A stretch of 63,128 bases of DNA, filler included, from Bipalium vagum (lineage: Eukaryota), in assembly GCA_037834085.1 (NCBI GenBank). It is 3 parts of 3 records of this genome, joined end to end, with 100 filler letters (N's around TTAATTAATTAA, not from the genome) between each part and the next. Parts side by side here need not be neighbours in the genome. Positions count along the whole stretch, not along the records: positions 1 to 22,374 come from JBBMKC010222236.1; 2 more parts are not named here. The stretch is one strand, 5' to 3'. Positions 1 through 15,669 of the stretch are shown piece by piece. Numbering within the stretch: the stretch's first letter is position 1; every line of letters begins with the position of its first letter. The notes under the pieces are model-generated. The model was not told the origin of the DNA, ran no database searches, and saw only the letters and a list, made by a program, of their open reading frames with translations. A program made the position numbers and the translations under genes.

Positions 1-1006
1 GATTTAGTAGAGTAGGGTGGTAAACAACAATAAAAAAGAGAAATTAGGAAATGTGAAAAGAAATCGATAATGTAAAGCTTTTCCTTTAATTATCGATATT
101 TATTAATTATATTATTAAGTTATTTATTTTTGTTTTATTTTTATCGTTTTTCTTTAATTCGTCTTTCGTACTTAAATTTTTTGCTAGCTATCTTGGAGAG
201 TTTTATTTGCTTCTTTTCTGCGAAGAGAAAATATTTAATATTCAATATTAAAACTTATTTAATATTTAAAGTTTTAATATTCCTTGTTTAAATATTATAG
301 CGATTCAAAATGTCAATATTCATCCCAAATAAAAGGTATTTCTTCCCTCTTTATTCATTCTTTTCATTTCGTTTTAATTCCATATTTCTGTGTCTACTGC
401 TATCTCTTTAAATTGCTTCAATCTTAAAAAATATCGATAGATTTCCAATATTATCATTTCCACTTTCAGGTTTCGTGCAATTACAATTTTCTTGTAATCT
501 ACTAACCTAACGCTGTTCTAGAGGGTGGTATCAACCTTATAAAAAACTATTCCTCTACAAACTCCCTAACTTTCTTTGTTCATTGACTGTTTCCTAAAGC
601 CATGTGATATAAGAACTCAATCTGATATGCATATTCTCATACTCACTTATCTACCCTTTGTTTTATTTGATAAAACGCTTGTTTATTTTCTCTATGTATA
701 CTTCGTGGGATTAACTTTTTAGTTAACTCCTTCACTATTTCCGACAAACTTTTATTAGCCATATTAATATAACCACTCAAATGATTTGGTTATCTTATCA
801 TAATTCTTCTCAGGCATAAAATAATAAAAATAATAATAATAATAATAATAATAAGCAACGTCTGTAATTATTGTCTCTATTATTATTTATTATTCTTATT
901 TTAAGTGTTTCGTTCGAAGTTTACTGCGAGATCTACTCTCGATGATATAAATGCTAAATCTATAAATATAGGTTAGATATGGGCTCACCAACCTCTTCAA
1001 AGGTAG

Positions 1007-1799
1007 TGTAACAAACGAGTGTTCTAAGATACGAACTAAATATAGCTATAATCAACTGAGATAACACGATTTTATTAAAAAAATATATTTGATAAAACAT
1101 TACAACTCTTTCTGACCAATAATATCTATTAGTTAATTATTTAATGTCTTCTTGGTTTTATTATTATCACTGATATTAAACAATACGTATTCTGTCACCT
1201 AGAGCGAAGTAGGATCTATTTGCAAAGAGAACAAAAAACAGAAAGTAGAAAATATAATAAAAGGAACGTATTGCAGAGTATTTGCTCTGAATCTGTTAAG
1301 TATTAGTTAATTAATTTATTTGACTCAAAAGAGATCGATTTATAAAATACCAAAAGCGTATTTTATTTACCTTCTTTTTTTACCGGCTGTAACTTGTTAA
1401 GACGAAGTTAAGTGTGAATTAAATGCGAAAACCAAGAGCTTATATACTCGTGATTTTCACATTTCTTATCTCTTGATTGGTTTAAAATAAAACATTCCAT
1501 TAATAGAGTAATATGTGGGTTTTTGCTATTTTAGGAAAGTTCTTATATTATAGAAATTACTAAATATATCCACCCACATATTAATATTCACTCATATTAA
1601 TGTATTTATAGTAAGTTTCATTTTTTGGAATCATTTAAATTCATTCATTTTAAATATTTTTATTAATTTTGTGGGTTAAGTTTTAATTAACTTCAACCCA
1701 AAATTTATATTACTATTATATTTATTTATTTTAATTAAAAACAAATTTATAATTTAAATATTATTATTTTTATAAAATATAAAGTGAGATATAGAGTCA
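1007..1799 (-). mobile_element. LTR-like segment (probable LTR retrotransposon remnant)
   Basis: Begins TGTAAC on the + strand and ends GTCA. Minus-strand TATA-like motif (plus-strand TTATATACTC near 1440). Coding-like minus-strand sequence adjoins at about 1870-2000. No TSD identified and boundaries are approximate. Confidence 0.3.
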
Positions 1800-3592
1800 T
1801 AATTTTATAAAAGAAAGTAAGTCTAACATCGCTTTTTCATGCAAATTTCACAATTAAAAATATTAGTTATATATCCATTATTGGCTTTGGAGAATCATCC
1901 TCCATTAGCTCCTCCTCTGGTTTTAGCGGTTCCAGCTCCTTTGTAGTCTTTGAGTTTGACTTGATGGGTTCTGGCACATCTTTTTCTATGGATCCCAACA
2001 TTATTATTCTTTTATGTTATCATTAACACCAACCCTTTCGCTGTCCTTTTTATTTTACTAAATGGAACCTTAGGAGATGCCTTTATTTGCATTGTTATTT
2101 GCGTAAGATAGTTGAGTGGCATTTAGAAATTTGTGTTGAACATTGTGATAAGTGAAAAGAGTTGTGAGAAGTAGAGATTTTATAACATATTCGAAGATAT
2201 TGATATCTTTTAGCACAACTTCAGACAATTATTAAATTGAATTAAATCACTATTCTGTGATTAATCAACTTAACATTTTTAGACTTTCGAATTTGTTTAT
2301 TGCGTTGCACTCAATTATTATATTTGAAATCATATAATAGCTGGCTTGGTGAATATTAAAATATTAGCAGATTGTTTACAATTGATTATTTAAATTTGAA
2401 TGACAATAAAAAGATCTTACAAAGGAATTAAAAATAGTTACAATTTATGTACATTGGTACAAAATCGAATTAAAAACTTAATATTTGTTGTGGGTGCTCT
2501 TAGATTATATATATAAATTAAAGTTCAAAGCCTTTATTTAATATCAATAAATAAGCAGAGATTCATTGGTTAATATGCAGACGAATAAAATTCTAGCAGA
2601 AGAAACAAATATGAACTTTAATCTTCTGTTAACATTTTGTTTACTTCTATGAAACTTTAAATTTCAAAGAAATTTATTTTAAATTCAATTTTGATAATAA
2701 TATACACTTGGGTTATTTTTAAAACTTGAATCATTACAAAGAAATGTTTTTAAAAATATTTATAGACAATGAAAGACTTTAAAATTAATAATTTTGTGAT
2801 TTATTAAGATTTATTGAGTAATTATATATAATTATAAGCATAATTTTCAAAAAATTTCATTTTTCAATATAATAATAGAAAAATTCTGATAATTTATTTT
2901 AGAAGGATTAGTAACAGTCTTAGAATAATTAAGAAATACATGTTATGTTAATCATTGATTTTGATCGATTTAAACAATTATTACAATAAAATGTTATTTG
3001 AAGAGTTAAGAAATTTAGATACTAGTGAAAACAATATTTAATTTAAAAAATTGACCTAAAACCATTTTTAAAATTTCACATTTGTATTTTATTTCCATGA
3101 CAACAGAAGGATGTTTACTTTATTGATAATTTCTGATCAAGTAAAATAGATTTTCTTTATAATTTAATAAATTTTTTATAATAGCTTTCATAAAAAAATT
3201 ATTCAATTTCAATTTATATTTATGATATAAAAAATTGATAATTTATTGATTTAATACGGAACCATAGTAAGTTAAATCGATTGTTTACCACATAATCCAT
3301 AGTACTAGAGACCAATGAATTACAATAGATTTGACTTATTAATAAATTAAATAGGCTACGTTATTAAATATATAGGTCAACCAATCACAAACAACGCTGA
3401 CCTTACCGGATATTTTGGTTAGATTAAAACCATTTAGAATTTTATATTAAAAAAAACTTGAGTATTTATTTATTGAATGTTTCAGTGATTTTTTTTCGTT
3501 TTGTTTTCTAATTTATTTGTCCAATTAATTTTAAATATTATTTAATGATTTATCTAATTGAATTGTAGTTATTCACAAAAAATTTCCAAACA

Positions 3593-4070
3593 ATGAATGA
3601 AAAAAATTCACAATTGGACGAAAAAGATATCGAATTTATTAGAGATACAAAAGAGTTATTTAAACTATCATCAGGTTAGTTGAAAAATTTTTTTTTGAAA
3701 TAAATTTACTGATAGAAAAATTGATTTTTTTGAAAAATTATTTTCTTTGTTTTCAAGATTATTTGAAGTGGAACGAGCGGAATATCCAAGATTGGTTTTA
3801 CTGGATTCGGCACAAGTTGCGCTTTAAGTTACCAAAAATTTCCAAAGACATAATAGATTTAAGAAATATTGACCCGGATAATATCGACATTTGGAGGAGA
3901 CATTTCGGGCTTGAAGCTGGAGAATCAATGTATAACGAATTTTTGTTGTGGGTCAAATGTAAGTGGATTTTTGTTGATAATTGAGTTGTTTTTAATAGAG
4001 AAAGTCAGCCCCAAAATATGACAAATATAAATGCACAAGTTGTGAGACATCGATTTCATTGTTCAGTTGA
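3593..4070 (+). CDS. Pointed (SAM_PNT) domain protein, SPDEF/ETS-PNT-like; exons 3593-3674 and 3758-3958, tentative third exon 4009-4070
   Basis: ATG at 3593, phase-1 intron (G|gttagt...tttcaag|AT) joining to MNEKNSQLDEKDIEFIRDTKELFKLSS-D-YLKWNERNIQDWFYWIRHKLR...GESMYNEFLLWVK. This matches the PNT pattern DxxxWxxxxVxxWxxW...GxxL...W. Strong donor gtaagt at 3959. The third exon is uncertain. Confidence 0.7.
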
Positions 4071-6552
4071 AATAAAAGTTCAGCTTGGTGAAAGTAGATG
4101 TTTATATTGATGTTGGTTCGTGATAATAATAAATAGATATTGAATCATAAATAGTTTTGTACAATCTCGGTTGATGACAGTGATGGTGGTTTTTGAAGGA
4201 TGTTTTTCGGTCATTGAAATGATTTGAGGACATTTCAAAGTGCCATTTGTTTAAATTACCATGACAACATTACTATAAGAGAAATGGTTGGAAGTTTGTA
4301 ACGAAATTATAGGGAAAGAAAAAAACGTAACGTTTGTCTCAAACTTTTGATCAATGATCTTTTTCGATTTAGTTAACTATAATGAATGGTGTTCCATTGC
4401 TTCAAGACCATACACTTAATGATTTGTTTATTTTCAATATTTTAAAATATGAAAGTTACATAATATTGTCATTGAAAATCTATAATTCAAAGTTTGTATT
4501 TGAACTTAATATTAAAAATTTAAACAAAATTAAGTGAAGTTGATAATTATTCATTTTCGAGTATATTAATAAAGGTAAACAACAAAAATACGAATTTACC
4601 TAATGCACAAACTTTCTCACCATTTTTTTTATTAAAACAATACTTTTTCAGCTAATAAGAGAAAACGTGTTTTATTTGATTTATTATTTTAAAGATTTAT
4701 TTAAGTCCTTGTTTGGTATATAATAATTTACACAGTTAATATTTCTATAATACAACAAGGACTATAAACTTATTTAACATTACGTAACGGGTTCAATCAA
4801 TATATTAAAGTTACATAATTCGATTTTTAAAATTTTAAACTGTTAAAATTCCACAATTCTGTAGAATAATTTAACTCATTTCTTTTTTCAAAATGCTCTC
4901 AGCAATTAATTTTTTCGCAATTTTCTTGTTAATTATGTTCAAGTTTCGAATAGAGGATATTCTCCTTTATTTTAAAACTTTAATTGACAACAAGAGTCAA
5001 TTTTGGAATAATATTTAAAGCCAATTCTGAGCTCTGAGAGAACTTGACACGTTTTAATTCCCAAGTTAAATTTCATTTAAAGTACAGGTGTAAATCCAAT
5101 TTTTTAAATAATTAAAAGTCACTGGAAATAATTCAACAAATTAAGCAAGGCAGTCCAGGAATTTGATAATATTAAAAAAAACTTTACGTTTTATGGATAT
5201 TTATTTAATATTTTCTCTTAACACGTTTTTGTTGGATATTTAAATATATTTGGAGAAATTCCATTCATTTTCTTTGATATATTGGTTTTTACAATAATGA
5301 TTGAATTAATTAAAACTGAAGTTTTCTCCCATTTTAATATGAGCGCAACACAATTCTTAAGAAAGGCTTAAGACATAAATGCAGATCTGAAAAATCAATA
5401 GCAAGATGAACATGAATAACATTTTATTTTTTCTCACAACATTGATAATATTCTTTGAATTTTAGCAAATCTTTTTTTCTTGCTATTTTTTAAATTTCAT
5501 AAACATTATTTCCGAATATTTTTCATTGTTAATTCGACGTTCTTGACTTTCTTCAAATAATGATATTTGATGATTTTGTTTTACCAAGTTCAATTATCAA
5601 CATATTTATTAAATAGAAAATTGCTCTCAATCGATATATTCATTAAATGGGTTATTTTTATTTAAATGTTATAATAATAATAAAATTATTATCAGTCAAT
5701 TTTAATAATTAATTTTTCTCATCTAGAAATTACTTGGTAAAATGATATTTCATTTTCCAGAAAAGAATATTCTATTAATTTCTTTTTTTAGAAATTTCTT
5801 GAGTTTTGTTTGAAAATATTCAAGTTTTCATATTCGATATTATAATTATAAAATAAATATTATCAATAATAAAGTATTTTGGAGTATTTAAAAAAGAAGT
5901 CACGTGTTTTTCATAATTTCAAATCCAGTTAAAAAATGATATGATATCATCCAGGCTTATTTATATCCGAATAACGATTGATTTTTAAAAATTTTCAATA
6001 TTTATACAATGACTTTCACTTTTATAAAAACATTTGAAAATATATCTTATTAATGGAAAAGAAATTCTGAAAGATATAAATATCTATGGATATTTATATT
6101 TTAGTTTAATATTTTAACCAGCCAAATATAATTTTTGTAAAATGAAGTCTTAATGTTGAAAAAAGCAAAAATTAAAGTTTAATCTTCTAATAAACTACAA
6201 AATTTCACAAAATCATATAACATTAATTCTCCAATTATTGTAAACAAAATCTGCTTCAGAATTGAAACCAGAACGGCGCGGCTGATTTTCTTACATCTGT
6301 ATATAAATTATCAGTAATTACCTTATTTCAGCTCAAATTATGATAAAACATTCCGTTTATTAATATATAAATTTCTTTTAAATTTTCAAAGGTTAAGTGT
6401 GGTTCGGAATGATTTATATATTTAATATACTTTAAGAGATGCTTCACTTTAGTGAAATGTATGTTTTAATTATTATTTTATTTTTTATTTCACACCATTT
6501 CAAATATTTCAATAAAACATCTTGTTTTTTTGAATTTTTCATTAATTATAAA

Positions 6553-6680
6553 ATTAATATTACCAATAATTGATTTTGATTAATTATCAATATTTCAATT
6601 TTTTATTATTCAGTAATTATACAATTAATATTATCAATAATTGATTTTGATTAATTATCAATATTTCGATTTTTTATAAT
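6553..6680. repeat. Imperfect tandem duplication, about 71-bp period
   Basis: ATTAATATTA(C/T)CAATAATTGATTTTGATTAATTATCAATATTTC occurs twice. Confidence 0.8.
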
Positions 6681-9600
6681 TTTTCGTAGTTCTTTATTGA
6701 CCTAGATCATAATAATCAAATTTTAATATAACTTCGCTATTATTATACTAAGTGGTAATTGTTAGTATTAACAAATACGATGTTATAAATGAATTTTAAA
6801 CTTAGATTTCAGATATTATTCTACACTAGATTCACAATTAAATATTTATCTTTGTATTTAATAAATTTAATCCAAGTCGAGGGAAGAAGTTATTTCAAAG
6901 ATGAAGGTTTATATCTTGTTTCAAAATCAATTTAAATATAAATATTTATCAAGTGAAAATTAGTATTTAAACATGCAGATAAAATGATAATACAAGGGTT
7001 TCTGTCGTTAAAAAAACTGAAAATTAATATAGAAAAGTATCAATACTTTTTACAACTGTATTGTTATTTTTTATTAACCAATATCCAAAACATATTTTGA
7101 AAAGATATAAGCTATCTCATGTCAGGTTTCAAAGTAAATTTTTATAAAAAAATTTACCAATATAACTTGAAAAATGTTTTGACACTTTTCCAGACTTAAT
7201 AAATACATTAAAATCACTTTCAATACAAAATTTATGGAGATATATTTTAAGATATTAATGAAAATAGAATAGGTATAGAAAATTAAGACAATTATAATCG
7301 AATTATTATATTATCCTTTCTATAATTATATTCTTTTATAAACACAATTTTCAATTATTTTATAATCCGTGTAACGATTTTTTAAAATTATTTTACAGCA
7401 TAAGCGCATTATATTACACCGTATTATATGAGAAAATATTCTTAAAATAAAACATAATTAATATTTTGTATAAAAATTGTAATAAGTTTCTTTGGCAACA
7501 GAGCTCAGAATATATTTGAAACATAATTGATTTAATTTCACCTTTGCTGAAATTAAAAATTGATGGATATCATCATATGTGTCTAAAAGTTGGTTAATTT
7601 GTGAAATTATTATTAGATATATGGAAAACGGATTTAATGATATTATTTACTTAAATTTATTCTATATTTATTTATTTATTTATTTATATTAATATTTTTT
7701 TTAAAATTATAATTATTTATTCAAATATCAGGAGATATAATTTTGAAAATCTTTAATAAATGAAATTTAGATCGTTATAACATTCTAAGAAAAGGATATT
7801 GGAAATAAGGGAAAATGTACTACAAAATATAAGTGCTTGTTAAATTTATCAAAGTTTGAGGCTTTCGCAATTTAATTGATCGGTAGTATGGGCAGAAATT
7901 CAAGAAGAATATATACACTTATGAATTTGAGGATTAGTTTTGAATATTTTATAAAATAATTGAATATCTTCTAATAGTGATGTGATCTTTTTTTTTGATT
8001 AAGTAAAAATGAATTTTTAACATCTTTATTGAATGAGATTATAAGTCAATAAAAAATTTCATTGATATGATTTGGAGCAAGGTGTCATTTAAAATGTATG
8101 AAAATAGTAAATACAATTTAAATAAAAGAGACAAATGAATATTTAACATAAAATTAAATTTGAAATAAAGAGAAAAATAATACATAAAAATCAAGATTAA
8201 TTTATTCTTATTTTATTCAGAATTAAATTCTTTCTCTTAGATTATAGTAAAGCTTTTCTGTGGTTTTGAATAAGATATTTTATATTTATATTTAATGAAA
8301 TTAACAATGAATAAATTAACTTTTCTAAAAGCTTTTAAATAAAGTTATCTTTAATAAAAAATATTTAATTTAATTAAATGTCGAAAATTCATTGACGATT
8401 TCCAATAATATTCATTTAACAACTTTCATTAAATATAAAATAAATATAAAATATTTAATGTTGTTAAGCAATTTGCTTTGTAAAAAATTGAAAAATTTAT
8501 TATTTAATGCACGAGGGAATAAAAAATTTTTAAAATTTTTTTTGAATATTTTATATATTTTTTAAAACTTTGTAAAAATAGTTTCAACCTAAATGATTTA
8601 CATTTTTTATTTGATTCATACACTGAAATATATTTATATTTTATTTTTACCTTTAAAAATCTATATTTTTTATTATTATTGATCCACTACTTTAATAGAA
8701 TTTAAATTAATTTTAAATTTCTCAGGTACCCTAAGAGTTTTTATCAGAAAAATATAAATTTTATTATTAGGAATTATTTATTTTATTTAGAACTAATAAT
8801 TAATTCTTTATTATAAAGTATTACAAAATTTACAATTGCAAATGATAAATCATAGATCTTATGCGTTACCCACCACATTGACATTTGTGTATTGAATAAT
8901 TAATTAATTAATTATTTGCTCATGGTAATTGAAATTATCGAATGTCAATTTATAAACACAAAACTTTATAAATATATTGTTTTTTCTTTTTAAAAAACAT
9001 TATATGTAGAAGAAGAATGGTTGAATAAGAGTAAGAATACAAGAGCACTGAATATCTTCAAAATTTATTTATTTATAAAAATGTGGTATCATTTATTTGC
9101 TATTTATAGATGATATTTGTGATTTTAAGTTGTTTTCAAGAGTTTTGGAATCAATATAATTTTATTTTAAAATTATTTTAGACTTCGAGTCAATTTATGA
9201 ACGATTCAAAATTAAACATTATGAAGATAAGAGACATTTCAAAATATCAATTGGAGAACAATAAATTAACATCAGAGAAACAGTCAGAAAAACTAATTGA
9301 CAACGAAAATAATCTAGATATATATAATAAAAATAAAATTCATGAAATTAAGTAACATAAACAAGTAAGAGATGCTTGCATCAATAGAGAAATATAACCT
9401 GGATTTTTAAAAATAATTTTTCATGATTTCGAGAATCATTGTGTAAGAAACCTTAGAAAATGTTGATAATAAAAATTATTAAAATTATGGATCGTAAATC
9501 CAGGTTTTGAAGGTTGAAATTTAACTTTATATTGAACAATTAATAACATGTGCGTAGAGGAATAAAGTCTCAATTTAATATCCACAATAAAATTATTAAA

Positions 9601-12600
9601 ATATAAAATTATAATTTTGGAGACTCTTGAATGATTAAATTAAAACAACATTTATTGTAATTGATTTATTGATATGCGATATTTTACAATACGATCTTCA
9701 GGTTCCTCCCTAAATAAATCATAATGAAAATAATAATAATAATTTAATTTAATTATATTTTTTCATTTTTGTATTTAAAAGTAGCTTAAAACTCAAATGC
9801 CATTACCATTTTCATTATTAATTATTAACTTACTCGGTTCACCATAAATTTATGGCTTTTGGTTATTTTCAATTATTAAAATTCCTTTAACGAGTTACGT
9901 AAGTGTGGAAGCATCTCATTAAAATAAAAATATTAAAATTTAGATAATATTTAATAATAATTAATTAATAATTGTATTTATTCTGAAAAAAATATTGTTT
10001 AGTTTTCTTTATTTCTGTTGAATTGTAACCTCTCTTTTGAAGAATTTTTAAAACCAAATGATTTATTAATTTAAAAGAAAATGAGATTCAAAATGCTCTG
10101 ATTTAATAAATAATTTAAATAATAATGCTCAACTTTTTAAAGTTCTGTTGTATTACATAAAAACAAAATCTCTTCTTATTGAATGGCTTGTTGAATACAA
10201 CATTGAAGTTTGGATCATTTAATGCTTCAGTGATAAAAATCTTTTAAAAAGATTAAGGAATCTTGGTTCTAGAGTAATTAATACTGTTTTTCTATGTTTC
10301 TTTCTTCTAATAATTTTTCAATCCTCAAAATTTTACCACTTTCTTAATAATTTTTGAAAATCTTTATATCCACGTACATTTCTCAATTATAAATATTTTT
10401 ATTTAAAAAATCACCTTTTCTGACTATTTTGATTCGGTTTTATGTAATCCATGAGATTTAATGTTGGGAATCTGATTGAAAGTTATTTAAACAATTTATG
10501 AATTGATTGAATATGCATTATTAAAAATGACATTACTTATGGGCTGATTTAATATCTATTTTATGGAGATGTTAAGGAGGTAAAGTCGATGATTTAATCG
10601 ATTTTTCTTAATAAGAATAATAATGGCAGTTCTTTAGAATATTAAAACGATTATTTTAGAAAGGTTTTTTACGAAAAAACATTCTTTATAAAATTTTTAC
10701 TATAAATAGGAAAAAATATACCGTTAATCTAATTTAATGATTCAATAATTTAATAAAAATGAGAAGGAAGTGAAAAGATAATATGATGAAAGAATCAAAA
10801 TTGTTGGATAAAGAATTCAAGAAGTGAACCTAAATCTGGTCAGAAATATAAAATATCTTATTGTTAAAATTGATTTGAAAGACGTAAGATTAAGTTATGA
10901 TTTAATGATTAGACACCTTGTGCATAATATGTACTTTGGTGATTAATAAAAATAAAAATTATTTTTCGTAACTTAAAGATTAACATAAAAAAATCTAAAC
11001 TTACTACTTATTTATTTATTTATCAGCTGGAGTCTAATAGATTTATTTATTCCTTTTACTTTAGGTCCATAGAGAACTTGAACGCAAAGTGGGACCCAGA
11101 TTGCTGAGAGTGATAGCACAACTATATGTTACATTTCTGACATCGATGCTGTCACTCTTCAGCTGTTTTGGTTCCTAAAAAGTTATTAAGAGCCTGCTCC
11201 TAATAGTAAATTATTTGTTTAATTTCTAATATTGCACTTCTTAATGTAAATTTAATCTATGGCCTTAAGTTCTGTATTAATAATTATTTCTGGAACTATC
11301 TTGACAGGCTTTCAAAAATATATTTGTAGAATAAAGTTTTTGATTTCATGAAACTCATAGCACAACCTCAGTTTAATTTATTTTTCACATTATAATTTAT
11401 TTTTAATATTTAATGACATAAATCATAAGATCTGAAGATAAAAAATTAATCTTTACACGTGTTGCGATTAGGCAATTTATTAAAATTTTAATTTTCTTTG
11501 AAAGATTTTTAGTTCTAATTTACTATATGAAGATATCAGATGGTAAAAGCGATACTATTATAGCATAATAATAATAATTTCAAAAAAGAACCAACCTTGT
11601 TTCAGATTATGCAAAATATTATATTACTGACTGATTTGGATCAGTCTCTTATCGAATTCAGGATGAATTTACCGAATTATATTCGAAAAAATTGGCGACA
11701 GAAAAATAAATGATTATCGATTGAAGCAGCATAAATGCTTAATAAATAATTCGGAATAGTCAATGAAATGATAATTCTAAAAATATAGTTTTATAATGAT
11801 TAAATTTTTTCATTTAAAATTAAGTGAAAGGAAATGTAATCAATGAAGACTAAGATAAAATTTTGAAAGCTAGGCATCTTTTGACTGTAGTCTAAAACCA
11901 TATGTTATCTTAAAACAAAGCTTATTGTAATGACAGAAAAAAGGTTGTAATAAATGAAGAGAATGGAATGGAAATCTTGGAAGCATTTATTATTATAGCT
12001 GAATCATTAACATTATAGAAATATTCTTAATTGATTAGTGCGACTTATTTTACAAAATTAAGTAAAGGAAAATGTGTTTTGAAATAACAAATGACACTGT
12101 AGCAACAAAGTTTTATGTGTGATCCTTTAAAAGATATCAGTTAAAACTGTATTTGATGAAAATTTCCCATTTCAATAACCAATCTAGAATGAATCTGTGG
12201 TATTGTGATGAAAAATCACTATTCTCTTCAACATATCCGATCGTCTTATTAAATCCATTCAAATTGGTCAATTATTGTTTTTTCTCCATTAATTGTGCTT
12301 TTTAAAGTAATCGACTAGATATACATCCTAATGATAAAAGAAATACGTAAATTTCCACCATACTCAACCATTTTAGGTAGTATAGTGTTTAAATTTATTA
12401 AATTTTTTCACCGGCCTTTTATTTTAATAATTATTTTGGCATCTCATTTATTTTTAAAATACCTCTGGTATAGTAAAAAAAGAATTCATGGATGTTCTTG
12501 ATAAATATTTAATAAATAATTTCTGACTTGGATGCCTAGACTGCCTTGAAAATAGAATTATGGAGTGAATCATAATTATTAATAATGAAACTAATTAATT

Positions 12601-13178
12601 GGAATAATTTAAAACTATTTGGATTCTTCTCAGATTTTCATGGTTGCCTTCTGCGGAATACAGAAAAGGCAAAAAAAATTATTCAAATATTTCAATGGTT
12701 TTTTCTGCTTCTGTCATTTTAAGCAAAGATAATTTGCTGGGTTAATTAATTAGCATTTCGGAGGTACTAAAGTTCCTCTGATATTCGCTAATGAGAGTAA
12801 TTGCAAACGGTTCGCTCATCAATCTATTAACATAATATATTCCATTTTATTAAAATGTCAAAAGAATTAAAACAAAGAGATACACAATTTTAAACATGTT
12901 CTATAAGTTTCATAAAATAAACAATCTTTAAATGATGTCCGATGTAAAATATTTTGTCATTTTCTATTAAGTCAGATATTGAACAAGTATATAATGAATC
13001 TCTATGTATAATTTGTGTTGTTAACTACGTCTAAAAAATAGACTGAATAAACTGATAAATGGAATATCTAATGAAAATTTTTTGATATAACTTAATTAAT
13101 GAATTGGAAATTATGTTTCAGTTTTAAATATTTTATATTAAGCTAATTGAATATTTTCTATTTTAATAATTATCACAG

Positions 13179-13257
13179 TTTTAGTTGATTTTAAATTGAT
13201 TTAATTTAATTAAAAGGTTTTAGTTGATTTTAAGTTGATTAAATTTAATTAAAAGGT
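13179..13257. repeat. Imperfect tandem duplication, about 39-bp unit
   Basis: TTTTAGTTGATTTTAA(A/G)TTGATT(T/A)AATTTAATTAAAAGGT twice. Confidence 0.8.
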
Positions 13258-13445
13258 GATTAAAATATTTTAATTTTCTGAATCATCGTAAGATTTATAG
13301 TTAAAAATAAATAATTTACACTTTGAATACAGAGTACTTTCCCATTTCAGACAGGTTTAAATATATCTGAATTTAACCAATACATAATATTATTTTAAAC
13401 ATTTGATTGGATTTTAAGATAATAAAATATAAATATCAATATATA

Positions 13446-13712
13446 CAGGGCGTTCTGAAATATTTTGTCCTTTTTTCGAAATATTTAATCCTTCACAATA
13501 ATTCACAAGTAAATATCGATCTAAGATTTTTGAATATGCTAGAAAATCTTTGGATATTGATGTACAAAGATTATTTTTTTGGACAAAATGGGAGTATTTT
13601 ATTGAGGAATTTTTTATTTTAAATAAAACATACCATATAATCGTTTTAATTTGGTTCTTATTAGCTGGTTAAACATTTTAAAAAAGAGCATTAAATATTT
13701 CGGAACAACCTG
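13446..13712. mobile_element. Tc1/mariner-type MITE (267 bp)
   Basis: TIRs CAGGGCGTTCTGAAATATTT and reverse-complemented CAGGTTGTTCCGAAATATTT, flanked by TA on both sides. Confidence 0.8.
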
Positions 13713-15669
13713 TATTACTAAGTGAAGTTTTTTATAACTAATTTATAAGTAATTATATATTTATAGATATTTAAACATTTAAGTCTTCATAAATAAAAAT
13801 AATCAACAATCGATATATTGTAGTTGAACGTCAGAATCCATTATGAACGGTATTGACATCACAAGCAATATTATTTGACGCAAGACAAAAAATTGAAGTT
13901 TGATACATTAATCTCTTATTTAATAATAGACTATAGTAGCAAATTTAACGGAACTTATGAAATTACAATTTTATAAATTTTACAATTATTTCTCACCAAA
14001 GGGGATTTTATTCTTTTATTTATTAGATCTTATTTTTAAAACCCGAGTTATAATTCGCAGTTATTTTTTAAAATTTTATTTGCGATATATTTTGCAATTT
14101 GTTTTTTAATAAGTGAAATTTACATTCAACATTGTTTTATTACTTTAGATTTTATTTTAAAATTTCAATTTCTATTTTCTATATCTTGTATTGTTAATTT
14201 TTACAGTAACATTAAAGGGAAATTTTAATTTGAAAGAATTTTCATCTAAGAGGCGTAAAAAATTTTCTAAATTAATTTTTTTAAACAAAGTTCTATTTTC
14301 TTCTAAATCATTACTTGTTGCTTGGGAATTCAATATTTTTACCAAGAGAAATTAAATATCGATTAATATCATTACCTTGTTGATAAAATTTATGAAATAT
14401 AAATAAGCTTCATATTTAAAAGCAGTAGAAGCTTTAAAAAGTCTTCCGACAATTACATTTACCTAAACTTTCAAAGAAATAATACTGCAGGCTTGGTTTA
14501 TTTCGATGAAAACGGTTGATTTTCAGTGCTTCATAAGATTTATGAATATATAACTAATTGTACTTATTAATTAATTTACGATTTTAAAATTTTAATTAAA
14601 ATTTTCCTTTTAAACCAAATAACTTTTCCCTAATTAGACACAATATTAATAAATTCCCCCATTATAATATATTTATTACTTGATTTTATTATTTATTATT
14701 CAATTATTTCGTTATTAGTGAAAGTCTTAAAAATGAAAAAAATGAATAGATCAATAAAAATCTCATTAAAAATTATATAAATAGTGCTTTTTCTGTTATA
14801 TCCAATATTAAGTTCTACTATAACTATTGTTCACAACTATCAAAAATAAAAATCTATTCTCTTAAACAAAAACTATTAATTTCATACTATAGAACAGAAA
14901 ATGTGTTTAAGGATTTTGGTTATCTGTTAATCTGACATTTATATTCATGCAACTACAATAGTCTATAACCTAATGTGTATTAATTTTCACTTGAAACCTT
15001 GAACAAGATATTTTTGAAAGGTTTTATAAACTGACAAACTTTTTGAAATGTTTTTTTGAGACCAGGAAGACTGTATCATGATCTTCTTGCTTATAAGATT
15101 TTATATCCGACTAATAGTTTATATGTAAAATGCAAAACTTGATATGTACATATGCATCATACCTAATGAAAACTTTATTTGTTTATGACACGATATTGTG
15201 GTTTCCTATTCACTTGTGCTTGTCTCATTAGTGATTATTAAATGACCGTACAATAAGTTTAATGATATAACTTTGTAAACTGAATTGTTATAAATTGTTG
15301 ACCTTTGTAAGACATAATTTAATAACTCACATCCTTTATTCAAGTAAATTAAAAAATAATGGTTTACTTCGTGTTAGAATAAAGGGAAATAAATATATTA
15401 ATAGGAACGACATTTAAGAAGTTGAAATATTTAATTTATGATAGTAACAATCTATTTTTAATTTCGAAAAAGGAGAATTACTTTGTGAATTTACAAGTTG
15501 TCTCTTCAATAAGTTTGAAAGACTGGAATTTGTAATAACTGCCACCATTTAAAAACAGTAAATAACACAATTAACCTTTAAAATTCTAAACTTAACTCTA
15601 AATTATCTGAAAATAATATTAGGTACCAAATATAATTCTGACATTTTTGAGTAAAATTGGCCTGAATTT

